DNA of 32,000 bases from an uncultured Candidatus Saccharibacteria bacterium. GTDB lineage: Bacteria > Patescibacteriota > Minisyncoccia > UBA6257 > UBA11618. The stretch is taken from positions 1-32,000 of the forward strand of contig CAYSNH010000004.1 in assembly GCA_964432405.1 (NCBI GenBank). Direction: 5' to 3'. Within the stretch, counting starts at the first letter, position 1. Each line of letters begins with the position of its first letter. A program made the position numbers and the translations under genes. Below, one piece after another: positions 31,351-32,000 of this stretch. Under the pieces are notes generated by a model, which saw only the letters and a list, made by a program, of their open reading frames with translations, was not told the DNA's origin and made no database searches.

Positions 31351-31433
31351 CGGAGGGTATAGGATTCGAACCTATAAGGGATTGCTCCCGCCGGTTTTCA
31401 AGACCGGTGCATTAGCCGTTCTGCCAACCCTCC
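31351..31433 (-). tRNA. tRNA-Ser (TGA), type II
   Basis: Reverse complement GGAGGGTTGGCAGAACGGCTAATGCA-CCGGT-CTTGAAA-ACCGG, variable arm CGGGAGCAATCCCTTA, T-loop GGTTCGAATCC. Close paralogue of tRNA-Ser(CGA). Confidence 0.9.
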
Positions 31434-31454
31434 AATTTCACTATTATACCACTT

Positions 31455-32000
31455 TTATCTCGCTCTGGCAATCACCAGGGCTGTTATCTTATTAGCCCCC
31501 GCTAACTTTAATACTCGAGCTGCTTCTTTGAGCGTGGTACCTGAGGTGAAGATGTCATCTATCAATATTACATTCTTTTTCAAAAACTGCTCTGGATTAT
31601 TAATAAAGAAGGCGTCCTCAACATTCTTTTCTCGAGCTCCCCAGTCAGGTTGAGCTGCCTGAGAGGCGGTGTTTTTAACTCTTTCTAAATTATCTGGTGA
31701 CCAGACAAGATGGAGTTGGCCTTTAACAATATCAGCCATTAGTTCTGATTGATTAAAACCTCTTTTTCTTTTCTTTGAGGAATGGAGTGGCAAGGGGACA
31801 ACGATAGCATTATCAAGTTTTAGGTTATTGTCTTTTGCGGCTTTAACCAATAAATGAGCTAAAGGCATAGCTAGACTTTGCCAGCCCTCGTATTTTAACT
31901 GCCAAACCATTTTTTTGATAATAGGATTGTCATAACTGGTAGCGGGGACTAGTGAATAGAGGGCGTGAGGATGACAGGTATCGTCAGCACTTCTTAAAGT
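31455..32000 (-). CDS. comFC: ComF family protein / phosphoribosyltransferase-domain protein (5' end outside the window)
   Basis: VILIDDIFTSGTTLKEAARVLKLAGA is a PRTase motif, and LKYEGW...A..LA..L is typical of ComFC. The frame stays open upstream of the track ATG (31910) to the window edge (TLRSADDTCHPHALYSLVPATSYDNPIIKK...). Confidence 0.75.
   Translation of the reverse strand, partial: TLRSADDTCHPHALYSLVPATSYDNPIIKKMVWQLKYEGWQSLAMPLAHLLVKAAKDNNLKLDNAIVVPLPLHSSKKRKRGFNQSELMADIVKGQLHLVWSPDNLERVKNTASQAAQPDWGAREKNVEDAFFINNPEQFLKKNVILIDDIFTSGTTLKEAARVLKLAGANKITALVIARAR

Noticed and set aside
1-32000. Alternative genetic code (UGA recoding, as in some candidate phyla)
   Set aside because: Full-length secA, leuS, metG and glyQS translate without internal TGA. 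TGA also serves as the stop for leuS and the 84-aa ORF, so the standard code 11 fits.

Overview
AT-rich (about 40% G+C by spot counts), tightly packed bacterial chromosome segment that uses the standard genetic code. The short EF-Ts, DUF4012-like protein, prepilin-type surface protein, scarce Shine-Dalgarno (SD) sites and overlapping genes suggest a reduced-genome, CPR/Patescibacteria-like organism; this is inference only. The backbone is housekeeping: murB (3' fragment), hpf, secA, rpsB-tsf, a 2-Cys peroxiredoxin, an RluA-type pseudouridine synthase, rplS, recO, glyQS, an M16 peptidase, an AI-2E transporter, metG, tatD, leuS, htrA and comFC (fragment). It also holds envelope glycosylation genes (PglC-like sugar transferase, two GT4 transferases, DUF4012-like), three probable surface proteins and 8 tRNA genes. 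No CRISPR array, transposase, integrase, rRNA or large unexplained non-coding gap is visible. The most unusual feature is a set of seven small orphan ORFs (77-174 aa) scattered between the host operons. Each has its own near-consensus sigma70 promoter, a 30-60 nt 5' UTR, a perfect AAGGAG SD and a strong hairpin terminator, and each is richer in G+C than its flanks. The host genes mostly lack an SD, and at least nine have a -10 box 6-9 nt from the start codon, so they look leaderless. I recognise none of the seven proteins; three are strongly acidic and one has a CxxC...CxxC zinc ribbon. A tandem pair lies beside a tRNA cluster, and one 0.6 kb island is about 55% G+C. Other leads: an htrA-linked secreted Gly/His/Cys-rich protein ending in (GDF)n-COOH, encoded by a 9-bp tandem repeat and possibly a PDZ ligand; tRNAs that abut or overlap CDS ends, giving mitochondrion-like punctuation; and an RluA synthase with an unrecognised N-terminal domain in place of S4. 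All family calls come from motif recognition by eye; no searches were run.
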